A DNA stretch of 64,000 bases from Podarcis liolepis (Eukaryota): NCBI GenBank assembly GCA_965112155.1, contig OZ218103.1; one strand, 5' to 3'. The notes below the pieces were generated by a model. That model was given only the letters and a program-made list of their open reading frames with translations. It was not told where the DNA came from and searched no databases. Within the stretch, counting starts at the first letter, position 1. Each line of letters starts with the position of its first letter. The translations under genes and the position numbers were made by a program. This document shows positions 1-14,195 of this stretch, one piece after another.

Positions 1-611
1 CAGTCCAACGGTTGACCCAGTCCCAGGGACAGAGAAAGCCAATCATAAACATCTGCTAGAAATATTTAATTTAATTGTGGCAGCCGTAGAACACAAAGTA
101 CAGCTAGTTAAGCATGGTTCATGGCTGTAAGCATGGTTGTAAACCTGCTGTCCAGAATGTGACCCAGCCACTCAGCCGCCAATCCGCACTTTAATGTGAA
201 AATTCCATTCATCGTCCTTGCAGAGTTTTGACTTGTGTAGGGTTGAGAAAGGCCCTGTTTTCTCTTGGCCATTTCCTGTACACTCTGAAGTTTATAACTT
301 AAAAAAATAATCATCATGAGCTCCGACCATGTGTTTATTTGTAGGGTAATGTGTTCTGAACATTTGCTACTTTTAAGCATGACTTGGGAATGGTGTGAAC
401 AAGATGCTTATTTTCTCCATGCTATGTCTTCCATATTTAGAATGAAACATGCATTTATGCATCCTACATTGGATAATAACCATTTCCATGATAGTCACAA
501 TTAGAACAGTTTCCCCATGATTAAGTGTGCTGTGGCTCTTAAGAGTTTAATCCCCACTCCCAAATATATAGCTTTGTAACTTAACGTCTTTTTTTTTTCA
601 TTTCTTTTTAG

Positions 612-825
612 GTTTCAGTCGAGCAGCATTACCATTTGGTTTAGTAAGGAGAGAACTGTCCTGCGAGGGCTACTCCATCGATCTTCGGTGTCCAGGAAGT
701 GATGTCATTATGATAGAGAGTGCTAATTATGGACGGACAGATGACAAGATTTGCGATGCTGACCCTTTCCAGATGGAGAACACAGAATGTTTCCTCCCTG
801 ATGCCTACAAGATTATGACACAAAG
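612..825 (+). CDS. ADGRL2: ADGRL2 exon, N-terminal half of RBL/SUEL lectin domain (214 nt, phase 1 to 2)
   Basis: tttttag|GT TTC AGT CGA... translates (G)[70 protein letters not shown](R); donor AG|gtaaca. Not in the ORF track. Confidence 0.96.
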
Positions 826-3800
826 GTAACAGCAGTGCTCACTACAGAAAAGGAATCCATATAAGAAAGTTGCAATACAAGTCTCTCCCCACAGCCCCCC
901 CCAAAAACCCTCCAAATCCTGGAAAAAATATTCAAATACCCCAGTCATTTTAATCTAGGAAAGCTAAGGAAATAAAGCCACTAGCAAAGTGTTTGAGAAT
1001 CTTCTGGTTTAAGTTTTTTCTCTATAAAAAAACAAGAGAGCAGGAAGGTGACTGCAAGGAGACGGAAGCATTTTAATCTGTTTGAAATGTTGCTATATCC
1101 TTGTCTTCTGGGAGGTCAGAATCTCACTCAGAAGTTTTCTGAGAACCTGCTTAAGAAGTTTCTAAATATTCATGCTAATTAAACAGCACATGCCTATGCA
1201 GATTTACTCAGGAGGAAGTGCCATAGAATTTCAGGTAAGTGAGCACAGGATTGCAATCTTAATGCAATAAATAAATTAATAACCAGCCCACCTACATAAT
1301 AGGTGAAAAAGAAACCTAATTATACTTGGAACTTTTTTGGGTGGGGAGTAGCCACTCTTATAACCTCTGTTGAAAGTGATAAACCTTTATCAGAATTTAC
1401 AGCGCTTGAAATGGGCTGGGATGGCATCTGACAGACCAAAAGCCACCCCACTTTTTCTCCCTCTCTCAACATGGGGAACAGATTAGAAACATGTTTTAAC
1501 ATTTATTTACTTATTTTGGTAAATTAACCATAGAGTGGTCAGTTTCTGTAACCACTATGGAAATATTTCTTAAAACTCTGTCCATCTGTTTGCTTCAATG
1601 CAAATTTCAGTATTTTAAATCTTTTATTGTTTCCCAACACCACACACACACACAAAAATCCACATAGGTCTTTAAAAAAAAGGAAGAAGTTGAAAACAGT
1701 ATTGCATTCGAATAATTTACACTTCATTTTAAATTTCTGGAAATCAACCAGTCACACTGATGACGTGTATTAAGTTTTTGGTCATTCTGGTCATTTCTAA
1801 ACTTTCCCACGAAGGGTATAAAGTCCACTGCAATCGAAAAACTGGAAATGATTTAGAAAAATGAGTTCACTGAGAAACTTCTGCTTCGGATTAGTTTATG
1901 TGGTCAGCTTCTTTCAGTAAGTTCTAGAATTATGAGAGAGGAGGGGGAAAAAAACTTTTCTCTACTCACTGTCTCCACACTTTGCATAGTTTTATAAACT
2001 TCTATCATGTCTACTCTTTTAACTAAAAAGCCACCAAACCTGCTGATATTGTGAGGGCTTGTGCATCTGTAGGCTATTTACAAAATCAGTTCACTTGCAC
2101 AGAAAGACCTCTTTAAATATTATCCAGCCAGATACAAAGGGTATATTTAAAAACACTTCCATAAGAAATGAAATAATCTGCATAATTTCCATTGGTGTAC
2201 TGATTCTAGTTCACTAGGTGTACCCAGCTAGTAAATGATGACGCACCATGCCTTATTCTCAAACAAACAGCAGTGCCCCCTTAACGTATTTCTGCCACTC
2301 ATTTATCCTTCACAGGACACAGCTGTGAATGAAGTCAAAGCTTAATACAAGAGATGTTTACTTGCTTTGCTCTCCTGACCTTTCTATTTGTAGGTTAGGG
2401 GCAGGCCTTTCAAAATTCTTAGACCTTTAATTTGAGATCTCCTTTTCTTTTTATTGTCTTAAATGTATAATGATGAAAAAGCCCATTTATTTCGGGGAAG
2501 AAAGCAACAGGAAATGGAGATATTCTTTGGGACTCAAGTATCTTTCTGACAAATGATGTTTTTAATTCCTTTTGTCAAAGTGAGTGACACATGGCTGAAA
2601 AAAGCAAAACAAAAATAAATTACCTTTCCGATCAGATCCTGTCCTGTGAGCATTGCATGTATTCCCTTGCTTGTCAGAGCAAGGGGGGGAAAGTAGTAGT
2701 GCAGGAATATCAGATGAGCTTCCTTTCAAGTGAAAACAAGGCTGGCTCTTTTTCTTTCAAACGATAATGAATAAAGGAAATTCTTTGACTAGAGCTCACG
2801 GTCTTGGATAGTTGGATAGGGAAATCACCCATCTCATCTGATTAATCTCATCCTGAATTTTTTAGGCCCCTTAAGCCTCAGGTCTGCATGGGTAGAAAAC
2901 CTAAACCGGTTTGAGAAAATGGTTTTCCCACTACATTATCGCATTACAGTGCACCCTACAGAAAATCATTTTGGAGAATCGTACTCTATATGCCTTGTGA
3001 CAGTATCTAGAACATGCCTCTTTAAAAAAATATACTTCAATACAGTGTTAAAATGGTATGTCTTAACATGAGTTTAAAATGTCCTTAACGTTCACTGCTT
3101 TATTGCCAGGTTTCTCATCCAGAGAGGGCACTGTGTTACTGCGAATGAAGCCTTTTAGGGTTAGAGTTTTTCCAAGTTTAGATGTGGGCATTTTCCTGCT
3201 TTCATGTGACTCCAGTTGCTGCTCCTTCTGCAGCTTGTGGCAGTTACTATTTTCTGAAAGGTCTTCTGTGTGAAAGGTGTCATCTAGTCAACTGCAACCT
3301 ACTTCTCCCCCCTTTTTTTCTCTTTCGCTCAGTATTCCGGATACTTGCTGCTCTTTCTCTGCCCCCCAAACTGATTGTATTGATGGTCATATATCAGATA
3401 CCAATTTGGACAAGTGCATTGCCTGAATGAATGTGCATCAAAGCTGTCATTGTAAATGACTGAGCTCAGATATCAGGTCCTTATTTTCCTTTGGCATGTC
3501 ATTGGCTTTCAATGCAGGAGTCTGAAAGATGCTTGACAAACCTCTACTGTACATGATTATCAGAGCCAGACACTCTCCTCTTAGACATTCCTTTATTTAG
3601 AGCTCACATCAAAGCAGACTCACAGACATGGGCATTCTTTCGACACACTCATATCTAAAAGTAAATTTGTAGTCAGATGAGTGTTTGCAGAGTTCTTTTT
3701 ATTTAAGGTCAGTTTTTATCACTGACCACATTTTGTGATTTCATTTTCTTCTCAAAGCAAAGAAATGTAAGGTCCTAGGGCTGACTGAAGTGGCACATTT

Positions 3801-6800
3801 ACCTGAACAACATTTAATAGTTTTTAGCACTTACCAGAGGAAGCAAGCTGTGTCTGCCAGATGTTTTAGACTAGAATTCCTTTCAATCCTGACTACTGGC
3901 CATGTTGGCTGGGGCTAAAGTGATTTGAAGTCTAAACCACTGGAATTTCACCATGTTGAATAACCCTCTTTTTGTTGTTGTTGTTAATATAATTGAATTC
4001 TTTTCCCCCTTAACTGCAAGGTAGGCTAGGACTGAGACTGAGAACAGTTTGTCTAAACTCACTATTTTTATAATCTGTAGCTCTTAGCAACTATCCTACA
4101 TGATCTCCCACCTGAATGCAGATTCATTACTGTCAGTCTTGATGGCACAGAATGATTGACACATGACAGGGGGGAAAGTGTACAAGAAATCATATCAGTC
4201 ATTTTTTTTGGGGGGGGGTATTTAACAGAGTTTCTTTGCAGCTTTGCTTTCTTTTAGTCCAGATTTAACTTTGTTTTAATTTTTAAAAACTTTTAAATAA
4301 ATATTAATCCAGTGATGGGCCACTTCATTGTTTAATGGAAAACACACTATAACACTGCACTGAAACAAAGCACAGAAAAAATAAGCCAGAGGACATTTTT
4401 TATCCGTGCTTCCATTGCGTGGTTTTCTGCTGTGGTTTTGTTGAATTTTAAACTGATGCGTAATTGAGTAAATAAGAAAAATAAATCTCAACAGCCTTTT
4501 ACTGCTGTATCTCAAATAATGTAACCGGAGTTAAACCAATAAATAAGAGGAGGAAAATAATAAAATAGACTTGTAGATTCCTTGCAAATCATGCCATTAA
4601 TACTTTCCTGTTGGCATCAGTTGCAGTGACGGATTCTTTTCCATAAGAACTCAATGCATGCAAGGTGCAATGCCCTTTAATGGAGCTTCTCTCGTGTAGC
4701 ATTCTGATAGTATTGATTTAAGCTTTGACTTACATTGCCTTCAGGAGTATTGCTGGCCATATATTTTCCACCCAACCTTAGGCTGAGATGTAGTGTAGTA
4801 AATTGCCGCCAAGGCCAGAACCTTCAGATGACCGCATGCATGCTGATGAAGGACATCTGCCTTGATTGAAAATAAGTGGCCAGACACACATCTAAGAATA
4901 GTATGAATCAGCATTGGGTTTAATATATATTTAAAAGAACTCTTGGAAAAAAATGCTTGGGGTTGCATTTTAGGTTCTGTGCCAAGCCTCATGGCTCCTG
5001 AAAGAATATATTAGCCCAATGCAAATCTCCACGTCCCCCAGCTTGGAAAAAATGAAATTTGGTACTAACATCTTAAAGGCAGAATTAACACTTTAAAAGG
5101 CCATGCTCCTTTCAGCCCATGTCATTATCAAGATATACCCTTCTCTCTTCCAAGCAGTCCTGCTCAAATCGGTTGTCTTGATTTATGTTCTGCTGCATTT
5201 AATATACTAAATGAGCATACGCTAAGCTTACAATAATGCCGTTATTTATAATGCGAAAGCATTCTTTTTCACCATAACAATATCGCTAATTATATTACAT
5301 TATTGGTCACTGTAGCCGCTAAATCAGATGTAAAGTGGATTTAGGGTTCCTGTACATGGGATCATGGAGCCATTTATCTCAGCCCTTTGCTGAGCAGACC
5401 TTTATTAAGCTATGATGACTGTTGAATAGGAAATGTAACCAAGATTATTTTTATTCAAATATAATTTAAATATTCATCAAAGAGGATTTATGCTTGAAAC
5501 TGACAGAGACTATTAACATCAAAAAATATAATTAACTGCACTGGGTATCATGAAGCAGAGTTAGTCAAATAGCCGAGAGGTCTAATTGCTCTAGAGTTTG
5601 CAAAGCAATAGTTTATATATTATACGGTTGCTGTGGAATTAATAGTAATGTGGTTTCCTATGTGAGGCAATTTAAAGCTTTCTGTTAAGGTTCATTGCTC
5701 TGGAGGAAATATGTTGAATATCATGTAGTAAACAGGACTGACACTTAAAAAAAAAAAAACAGACATGAAGATGAGAACCTGTAAAGATTAAAAGGACAAG
5801 AAAATACTGAGGCCTTTAAGTCATCAAAGGAATTTTATTTTGTAGAGTTTATAGACCTAAGCATTAGGCAACACACAGCAACATTGTTTACCAAAAGAAG
5901 GGGGTGGGAGAGAGAAAAGAAAAGAGAAAAGGGTTAACAAATTAAATTAAATTAAATGCTCCTTGGGAAAACGATTGATGCAAAGTGATCTATCAAGTTG
6001 GATGCAACACAGTCACTGATCTCTCAGACTGTGTTGATAAAAAATTACCGCGGCACACATACAATTGTCTCAAAGTTTTAATTTTAAACATCTTAACATT
6101 TTTGGCTCCATTAGGCCTTTGTAGCAGAGTGTGAGAAAGGGACACCTTTCCCATTGTGCTTCACAGGGTCTTTTTGTATTTGCCCAGCCTACCCAGCCCT
6201 GAATTAATCAGATGTTGTAATGGCATTTTTGCATTACTGAAATTGCTGAAATGTGAGAGCTTAAGGGTCAAGGGGAAGAACAATAGCCCGATGTTAACAG
6301 AGCATCTGTTCTCCCTCCATTAATGAAGTTGCAGCTAATTGCCTAATAAATTGGTCATCATTACTCAAAAAGCCTAAATAACTCCAGACTTGAACACGAC
6401 CCTTACGAATATGAAGCAGAACCTCATAGGCACAAAGTAGAGGAAGATCTTTACATGCCCACCCCTGAAAATCTGTTTGAAGAGAATGGAAAGGAAACTA
6501 AACCAGACCCAACCAGACTTCCAGTTGCTCGTAAAGACCATGCCTGTGTTATCCATTATTTAACATGCTTACCCTGTTTATATCAGTGACATAAGAGTGT
6601 GTGCTAGTTTCTCCGAAGAGTACTGTCTTTGCCGCTTCATAGCACACTGTCTTGTACTCCCAGGCCTGCACATGGTGTTAGCAGATATTTAAAGCATTTC
6701 AGTCTAACATTTTATAGGTCATGATGAACTGAGCCTATAAAGCAAGTTACTGCTAGGAAGTTAATGCAGTCTAAGAGTGTAACGTAGACTGAATGCTCTG

Positions 6801-9544
6801 CTCAGTCAGTGTGTTTCAGCTTGCCGCAAGAACCATCAGTGGGGAATTAAAAATTACCCTCATATAAAGCTCTAATGGCAGATTGTTTGATAACATAACA
6901 ATAGCCTGAACTATTCTGCAGATGGGTGTGCCTTAGATTTCTACCGTCACAAATTTAGAGTTTCTGTTTCCTTTTAAAATAAGGTCATTATAGGAACATG
7001 CATATTTTCCCCCCCCCCCCGATTTACATACACAAATGCTCAGAACTTCGAAAGAAAGTCAAGGTGCTGATAATATTTATCAGAGATGTAGGATACATGA
7101 TTCGCTGGTCTATTACCTCTTTTTCATTATTCATTGTTCTCCCTTGGTGACCTTTACACCCAACTTCCACCCATTGAGTGATGGTTTGAAGGGGGAATCA
7201 GCTGTACTCATGGCGTTGACTCCTCTGTTATTGGGACTCCTGGTCACATTGAGGAGCCCCTTGTGAGTAGAGCCAAAGGTCTATTCAACTTGTGGATGCC
7301 AGGGGCATGCCATAAATGCGCCTATCTTTTTAATGGCATGGTCCCCTTTACTTGGGAAAGCATATAAGGCAGTTGGTCAGTGGCTATTGCAATCCTGCAT
7401 CAAGCTTTTCTTAGGTCTGAGAAAGTATCAGGGGTTGGGTATGTGTGTAAGGCACTTTATTAAACAAGCATACTGTATTTTTTGCTCTATAAGACTCACT
7501 TATTTCCTCCTAAAAAGTAAGGGGAAATGTGTGTGCGTTTTATGGAGCGAATGCAGGCTGCGCAGTTATCCCAGAAGCCAGAACAGCAAGAGGGATTGCT
7601 GCTTTCACTGCGCAGCGATCCCTCTTGCTGTTCTGGCTTTTGAGATTCAGAATATTTTTTTTCTTGTTTTCCTCCTCCAAAAACTAGGTGCGTCTTGTGG
7701 TCTGGTGCATCTTATAGAGCGAAAAATACAGTACTTTGCACTCCAATCAGTGTCCCTGAACATTCAAAACCTTTATATGGTGTAACCAAAAATCCTTTTA
7801 TACTACGGTGCTAGCCTCCCCTCACTGGATTCCTTATTCTTATTTCCAAACTAGGGAAGGCAGGTACACCAGACCGGACTATATTTCATCTAACAGAGAT
7901 GTATCCATTGTAAGTGTAAAACCACCCATATTATTTTAGTAGTGGCTGTTGGTGCAAAGCTTATCTTTTAACCTTGCTCTTCCAGCATGGCTTTCTTGCT
8001 GTGATTTCTAGCTAGAGTGGGTAATGATGCTGAACATGTCTTTAATCTAGGCATTTTATGAACTCTGAGAAGCTATTGTTTCAGCATAAATCACAGCGCT
8101 GTCCTCAACCTTAGGGTTTATGTGAAGGATTGTTCATATATGTGCAAAAATGAGGCGGGTTGGACTCATTTCTCTACACGCCCCCCGCCACTGCACATGT
8201 GATGTTTACTTTCAGGTGGTAAATTCTGTGATACAAATATGTAGATCTGTAGGTGATTTCTCATTTCAAATGTATTAGTCTTCAGAGCACTGCCAGTATC
8301 ACAGATAGGTTGAGGAGATGTCACTAACGCTATACACTTAGTGTTCTTTGATTATTTCTTCATCTTTGTGTCTAAAGATCTCTCAGTGCAGTTCCACATT
8401 TTAAGGATCACTTTGGAGAGGGCTCTGTAAGACTAAATACATAGGAGGTAGCGTTCCTTTATCATGAATGCCATCAGAAATGTCTTGTTGCCTCTCTTAT
8501 CAGCCACTTCCTGCTGTCAACCAGTGGGTATTTCAATAGGGAAGGATTTGCTTCTAGTGTAATGCAGCATAATGTCTAACATGGAGTTTTTAATTGTGCA
8601 AACACACGAAGCCTTTGCAGTGGTAGGCAATTTGATAAAAGGATTAGATTATGAATATTTCCAACTTGATTAGAGATTAGCTGGGAGCTGATCAATGTGA
8701 GTCAATGAAACTCCTCAAATCTCTTAGGTTTCTCGCACATCTGAACTTGCTTGTGGAGTGGGGAGGGGGCTTTTTGGAGCAATATTAATTATAATACAAG
8801 CCTGCCATTCATTGTGAAGGAGTCAGGTAGATTCTTGCAGAACACATTCAAAGAAGTAATGTACCTAATCCGTACAAGATTAAGCCTTTTTAGTTCCCCA
8901 AAAATGTAATGATTTTTCAGAGGAAGTGTTATAACTCAGAAGCTTTTACAAACTTTCAAGATGCTAATTGTACCCAGACATTGCCATGGCTGGTGAATAA
9001 CTGTTCCTTTGTGGCATCCAGCCTTTCTCAAGAAAGAAAGAAAAAACCTGGACAACAACGCAGCACTTGTAGCACCAACTTTAGAGATACATTTTAATAG
9101 AAAATGACACCACCGGTACTGACTTGATTAAAGATCCTTCCAAGGGCACACCACTTCTCTCGCAAGTTTTAAGCCACATGGGGGGGAAAGGGATAGGGAA
9201 ATCGGAAGATCAACTCAAAAGTCTTTTCATTTACTTATTAGTCTCCAGTTTGAGATTTGTACTTTTTAAATCCATAAATGGAAAGCTAAAGGTATGGGGC
9301 AGGGGAGAGATTCAGACTGGTCTCAGATTGCAATCTTAATCAGGACAAGAAAGAGGAAAAGAACAAAAGGAAAGTAATCTAGATCATTTGGGAATGGCTT
9401 GAAATTAGCCAGTTATATTGGCTGCTTTTAGTGTTTCGCTGTATGTTGGACTGTGCCATTATAAGCCGTAAATATAATGCAAACACAGATCACATTGACA
9501 ACAAAGGGGGATATCTGTGTTCCCTCCATTCATGGGGTAACTTA

Positions 9545-9600
<56 letters not shown>

Positions 9601-12600
9601 AATGTATTTACTCTTAAGAACCAACTTATTCTGCACACAAAGGTTTGTGTGTTGACTCCCCCCCCCCTCATTTGCATCATTAGTGACTGAAATACTCAGA
9701 GAGTGTAATTAATGGGCTAAGAGAGTCATTTAGGCAAACCCAGAGCCATGAGGGTGAAATATTTTTCTCCATGGAAAGATCTTTAAGGAATAAATAATTG
9801 CACGCACCAGAGGTTTGCGATGGCCAATCTAAATGCGAGCGTGCAATTAGGAAGAGCGTGGCTCAAGAAGCAAAATGCTTGCCGCTATCCGCATATCATG
9901 TGACTAATTAAATATTTAAAAGTCCATCCCTACCCTTCTTCATCCCTCGCTCCCCAAAAGAAAAGTATTATGCCACAAATAGACTGGTAACTTTTGCAGA
10001 TAATTAACAAGTTTTTGGAAGAAGGGTGCAGATTCCGAGGTTCTTACAAGGTCATGTCTTATTATGCTGCATCTTCTATATGTCCTGGTAACAACTTTCT
10101 TGCTAATTTAAATCTTAACTAGGACATCCCATAGCGATTTCCCATTTCCCTTGTCAAAATGGAAAGTGATTGTTTCTGTATGCAAAAACTGCAGTAGGTG
10201 AACGTTTTCATAAGTAATTGGTCCTAATTGACACTGGCCCCAGTATATAGAGATACATTGTAATTATCCCACAAGAAGTTTGGAAACTGTAGGCATCCAG
10301 TAAATGCTTAAATAAATAAGTGTGCGCACACATTTATTTGCTGTATGTATCTGCAATAATGTTTCCCCTGCATTATGTTGAGACATGATGACCCTTTGAA
10401 ATTAAGAGAGCCTCAGTGGCCTGCTTCGTAAATAAATATGTCTTATTTTGCTCCTAAAATGAAGCCACTTTTATGTTGAATGTGCAATTCTGCAAACGAG
10501 AAAGTTGGGTTGGATTAATAAGACTCTGAGCGAGTCAGGCCTAATTTGCATTAAACTGACCCAAAGGTCTTGTAAAATTGCTCAGAATTATCAAGGCTTC
10601 TAACATATCAGAGGTTTTATTAACAAATTACTGGTGTTATATTTTTTTAAAAAATATGCTTATTTTGCTAATTAAAGGAGCTTTCAAAGGCAGTTTTAAA
10701 TTGTATTTAAAATCTATGCAAATTATGTTATATAAAGAAAATACATCCCACATATTGTTGTTTGTGTACTCCCTTGCACAAGTTGTTATTTGGGGTATCA
10801 CATTAAAACTAGAAAGCAGTAAGAACATTCTGACATGGTAAAACTTGTAACCCTTTTGTGCACATTTGAAATAAAAGAATAATTAGTGGTATACAAGTGT
10901 TTATTACCAAATCTGCTGGATCTTTCTTTTATGCCAGTTGTGAGCACACCTTATGGAAGTGAAGTTAAAGGTAAAGGACCCCTGAGAGTTAAGTCCAGTC
11001 GCAGACAACTCTGGGGTTTCAGCACTCATCTCGCTTTACAGGCTGAGGCAGCCAGCATTTGTCCGCAGTCAGTTTTTCTGGGTCATGTGGCCAGCATGAC
11101 TAAGCCGCTTCTGGCACAACAGAACACCAAAACCAGAGCAGCGCACAGAAACGCCATTTACCTTCCCGCTGGAGCAGTACCTATTTATCTACATGCACTT
11201 TGATGTGCTTTCGAACTGCTAGGTTGGCAGGACCAGGGACCGAGCAACGGGAGCTCACCCCGTTGTGGGGATTCGAACTGCCGACCTTCTGATCGGCAAG
11301 CCCAAGAGGCTCAGTGGTTTCCAGTGTTTCCCAACCTTGGGCCTCCAGCTGTTTTTGAACTACAATTCCCATCATCCCTGACCACTGGTCTTGCTAGCTA
11401 GGGATGATGGGAGTTGTAGTCCAAAAACAGCTGGAGGCCCAAGGTTGGGGAACACTGGTTTAGACCACAACGCCACCCACATCCACCTTATGGAAGTATG
11501 GCTTACTAATTTCAGTGGAACATGCCTTTACATCAGATTTCTCCAAGTTGCTGTAGTCCAGACGTTCTGGACTACAACTCCTTTTCATCACTGACCATTG
11601 GCCAAAATGGCTGGGGCTAATGGGAGTTGTAGTCTGAAATGTGTAAAGGGAACCAGTTTGAAAGCATACATAGGTCACCCACTGTCACATCATGTACTAC
11701 AGTGGCACCTCAGGTTACATATGCTTCAGGTTACAGACTCCGCTAACCCAGAAATAGTGCTTCAGGTTAAGAACTTTGCTTCAGGATGAGAACAGAAATC
11801 GTGCTCCGGCGGCGCGGCAGCAGCAGGAGGCCCCATTAGCGAAAGTGGTGCTTCAGGTTAAGAACAGTTTCAGGTTAAGTACGGACCTCCGGAACGAATT
11901 AAGTACTTAACCTGAGGTACCACTGTACTTTGTTTCCAGTGTTTTGTTTTGTTTAAAATTGTTGGATGTATTTGTTCTCTGTGCTTTATATCTTTATTGT
12001 TTTGCCCATATTGATATATTAATGGATTGGTGGATTTAGTAAGCTGTAACAGGCAGTTGTTGCATGTCCGGCATATCACATCACTAGATGGGAAGCTAGT
12101 TTCACGGTGCGCATGTCATTCCTTTCACAGTGGAACCTGAAGGTGGCTTTATGCACTAAGTAATATTTGGTGGATTGTGTCCATTGGGTTCCATTTGCAT
12201 TCATTGGATTCATATAGATGCATAATTAAAGTTATTTACTTTCAAATTAATTTGAATCCCCTGATTGATTTTACAGAACTAACCAAATAGAAGATAGTTG
12301 TATTTTTTTTATTTGTATCGCATTTAAAAATAACTGCCACAAGCATTACTTATTACATTAATTGTGACAAATGGGATCATTACTGTGAAACACCTTCTTT
12401 GCCATATTAATTGTGCCACATTTAGCTTCCTAATGTTATGTTTATTTAGTAATTAATAAGATTCAACAAATCATTAGTTATTAAACATTTAAGGAAAACT
12501 GCATCCGCATTTCTCCTGCAGTGTTAAAGTTGCTGGCTTATGCACGGGCCCTGCTGTCTTCGCTGCTACTCCATGTGCATCTCTCTTTTTGTGCGTACAT

Positions 12601-13122
12601 GAGTGTTTGGTTTCTTACATATATGTGTATTATGGTTGCCACCTTTGGTTGGGCAAAATACAGGACAGGTCAGGGTGGATGGGGGGGGGGGGTCCTAAAA
12701 ATTACTTTATCAGGTGCAGAAATGACTTCAAAGCAATCCATTACAGTGACACACTGGGATTATAGTGGTTTATTCAATGGAAAAAAACACAACAACAACC
12801 CAGGCCTGCACACACACTGTCTGAGTTTCCGTCTCCGACCCACCTGCTTCTGCCTGAACAAAAACTCTCCCCCCTCACTCTCTGATCCACCCATTGCCCT
12901 CCACAGCCTATGCAAAACCCAAGACGCCACTGTAGATGGCCCATGCACTGCAAACCACATCTCTCACTCTCCTTGACCCATCCTCTGCCCATGCAAAAAC
13001 TCTCTCACATGTATTGCCAATTTAATGGCAGTATAATGGACAGGTTAGGCTGGATCATGCTGCATTAGTCTGACTACTGTAAGCAGAGTTTGCTTTTTAT
13101 CTACCACAACCATCTCCTCCCA

Positions 13123-13171
<49 letters not shown>

Positions 13172-14147
13172 TCTGACCACTCCAGTGTTCAGCTTTCCTC
13201 TCCATATCCAGTACTACCTCTAGCTCCTCTATGCGTGCCAGGCTTGTCATGCTATACCAAACCTTTCATTTTAATCTTGGAGTATTTGTTCAAGACCATA
13301 GATTTTGCATTTTTAATCTTCCCTAGAACAGTGGTGAATAATGGCCCCTGGCAGGAGATAATGAAATTTTCTTAATTTATATTTTCAAGCGGAAGCCTCA
13401 ATTGAAAATGGCATCCTATGGCCCGGAGACATAGCTCTAGTGCAAGTTTCAGGGGAGCTGTAATAATAACGCAGTGCCAATGGTGACGGGGAATGATAGG
13501 ACAGTGAAGAAGTAATTTAAGGAAGAAAAGGGAATGTACCAAAGCTTTATTGTAGCATATCTAATGATCTGCTGAAGATCCCCAATGGCTTTTGGAGCAT
13601 GACAGGAGAAACTAATGTTATCTTGCCAAAACAGAAGCCTCTGCTTAATCAGCAGAGCAAGACTATTGATTAAAACACCTCACACAAATAGATTACACAT
13701 GGAATCTCATCTCCATACTTTTCACTTGGTAAAGTGTAATAATGAGCATAAGATAATCAAAAGAAGAGCTAAAGCAATTTGTTGGGAATTGTACGAGTCA
13801 AGATTACAGCGGGAACGCAAACAAATTAGAATGAGAACAAGGACTGCTTTTAAAGCCAAGCACACGAGGACAAACTTGCACAGTACACAGGGATAAACAT
13901 GAAGTGGGCCCATGTAACGGTAGTTAGGAAAATGAAAAATTGCCTCATGCATTGGTTCGACTCCCTCACCCCCTTCTCTTTATCTGATGTGCAAAAAAGC
14001 ACCGGCCTGCTTTTGCCCAATCAGTCAAATGAGGTGAGCCAAGTTCACCATCTCTCTGGAGCTGTTAATTAGCTGGCCACGTTTGATTTCAGATTCCCTC
14101 TGTGTCGCTATACATATTGGAAAGATGTAAAAAGAATTGCAAATTCT

Positions 14148-14195
<48 letters not shown>

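Noticed and set aside
2470-2549. ATGATGA ... CTGA spaced like a C/D-box snoRNA (also GTGATGA at 48579)
   Set aside because: No terminal stem or recognisable rRNA guide; the 48579 box has no nearby D box.
11709-11880. Regularly reiterated cttcaggtta motif, superficially CRISPR-like
   Set aside because: It is internal structure of a TA-flanked MITE present four times in a vertebrate intron; the intervening sequences are the same between copies and there are no cas genes.
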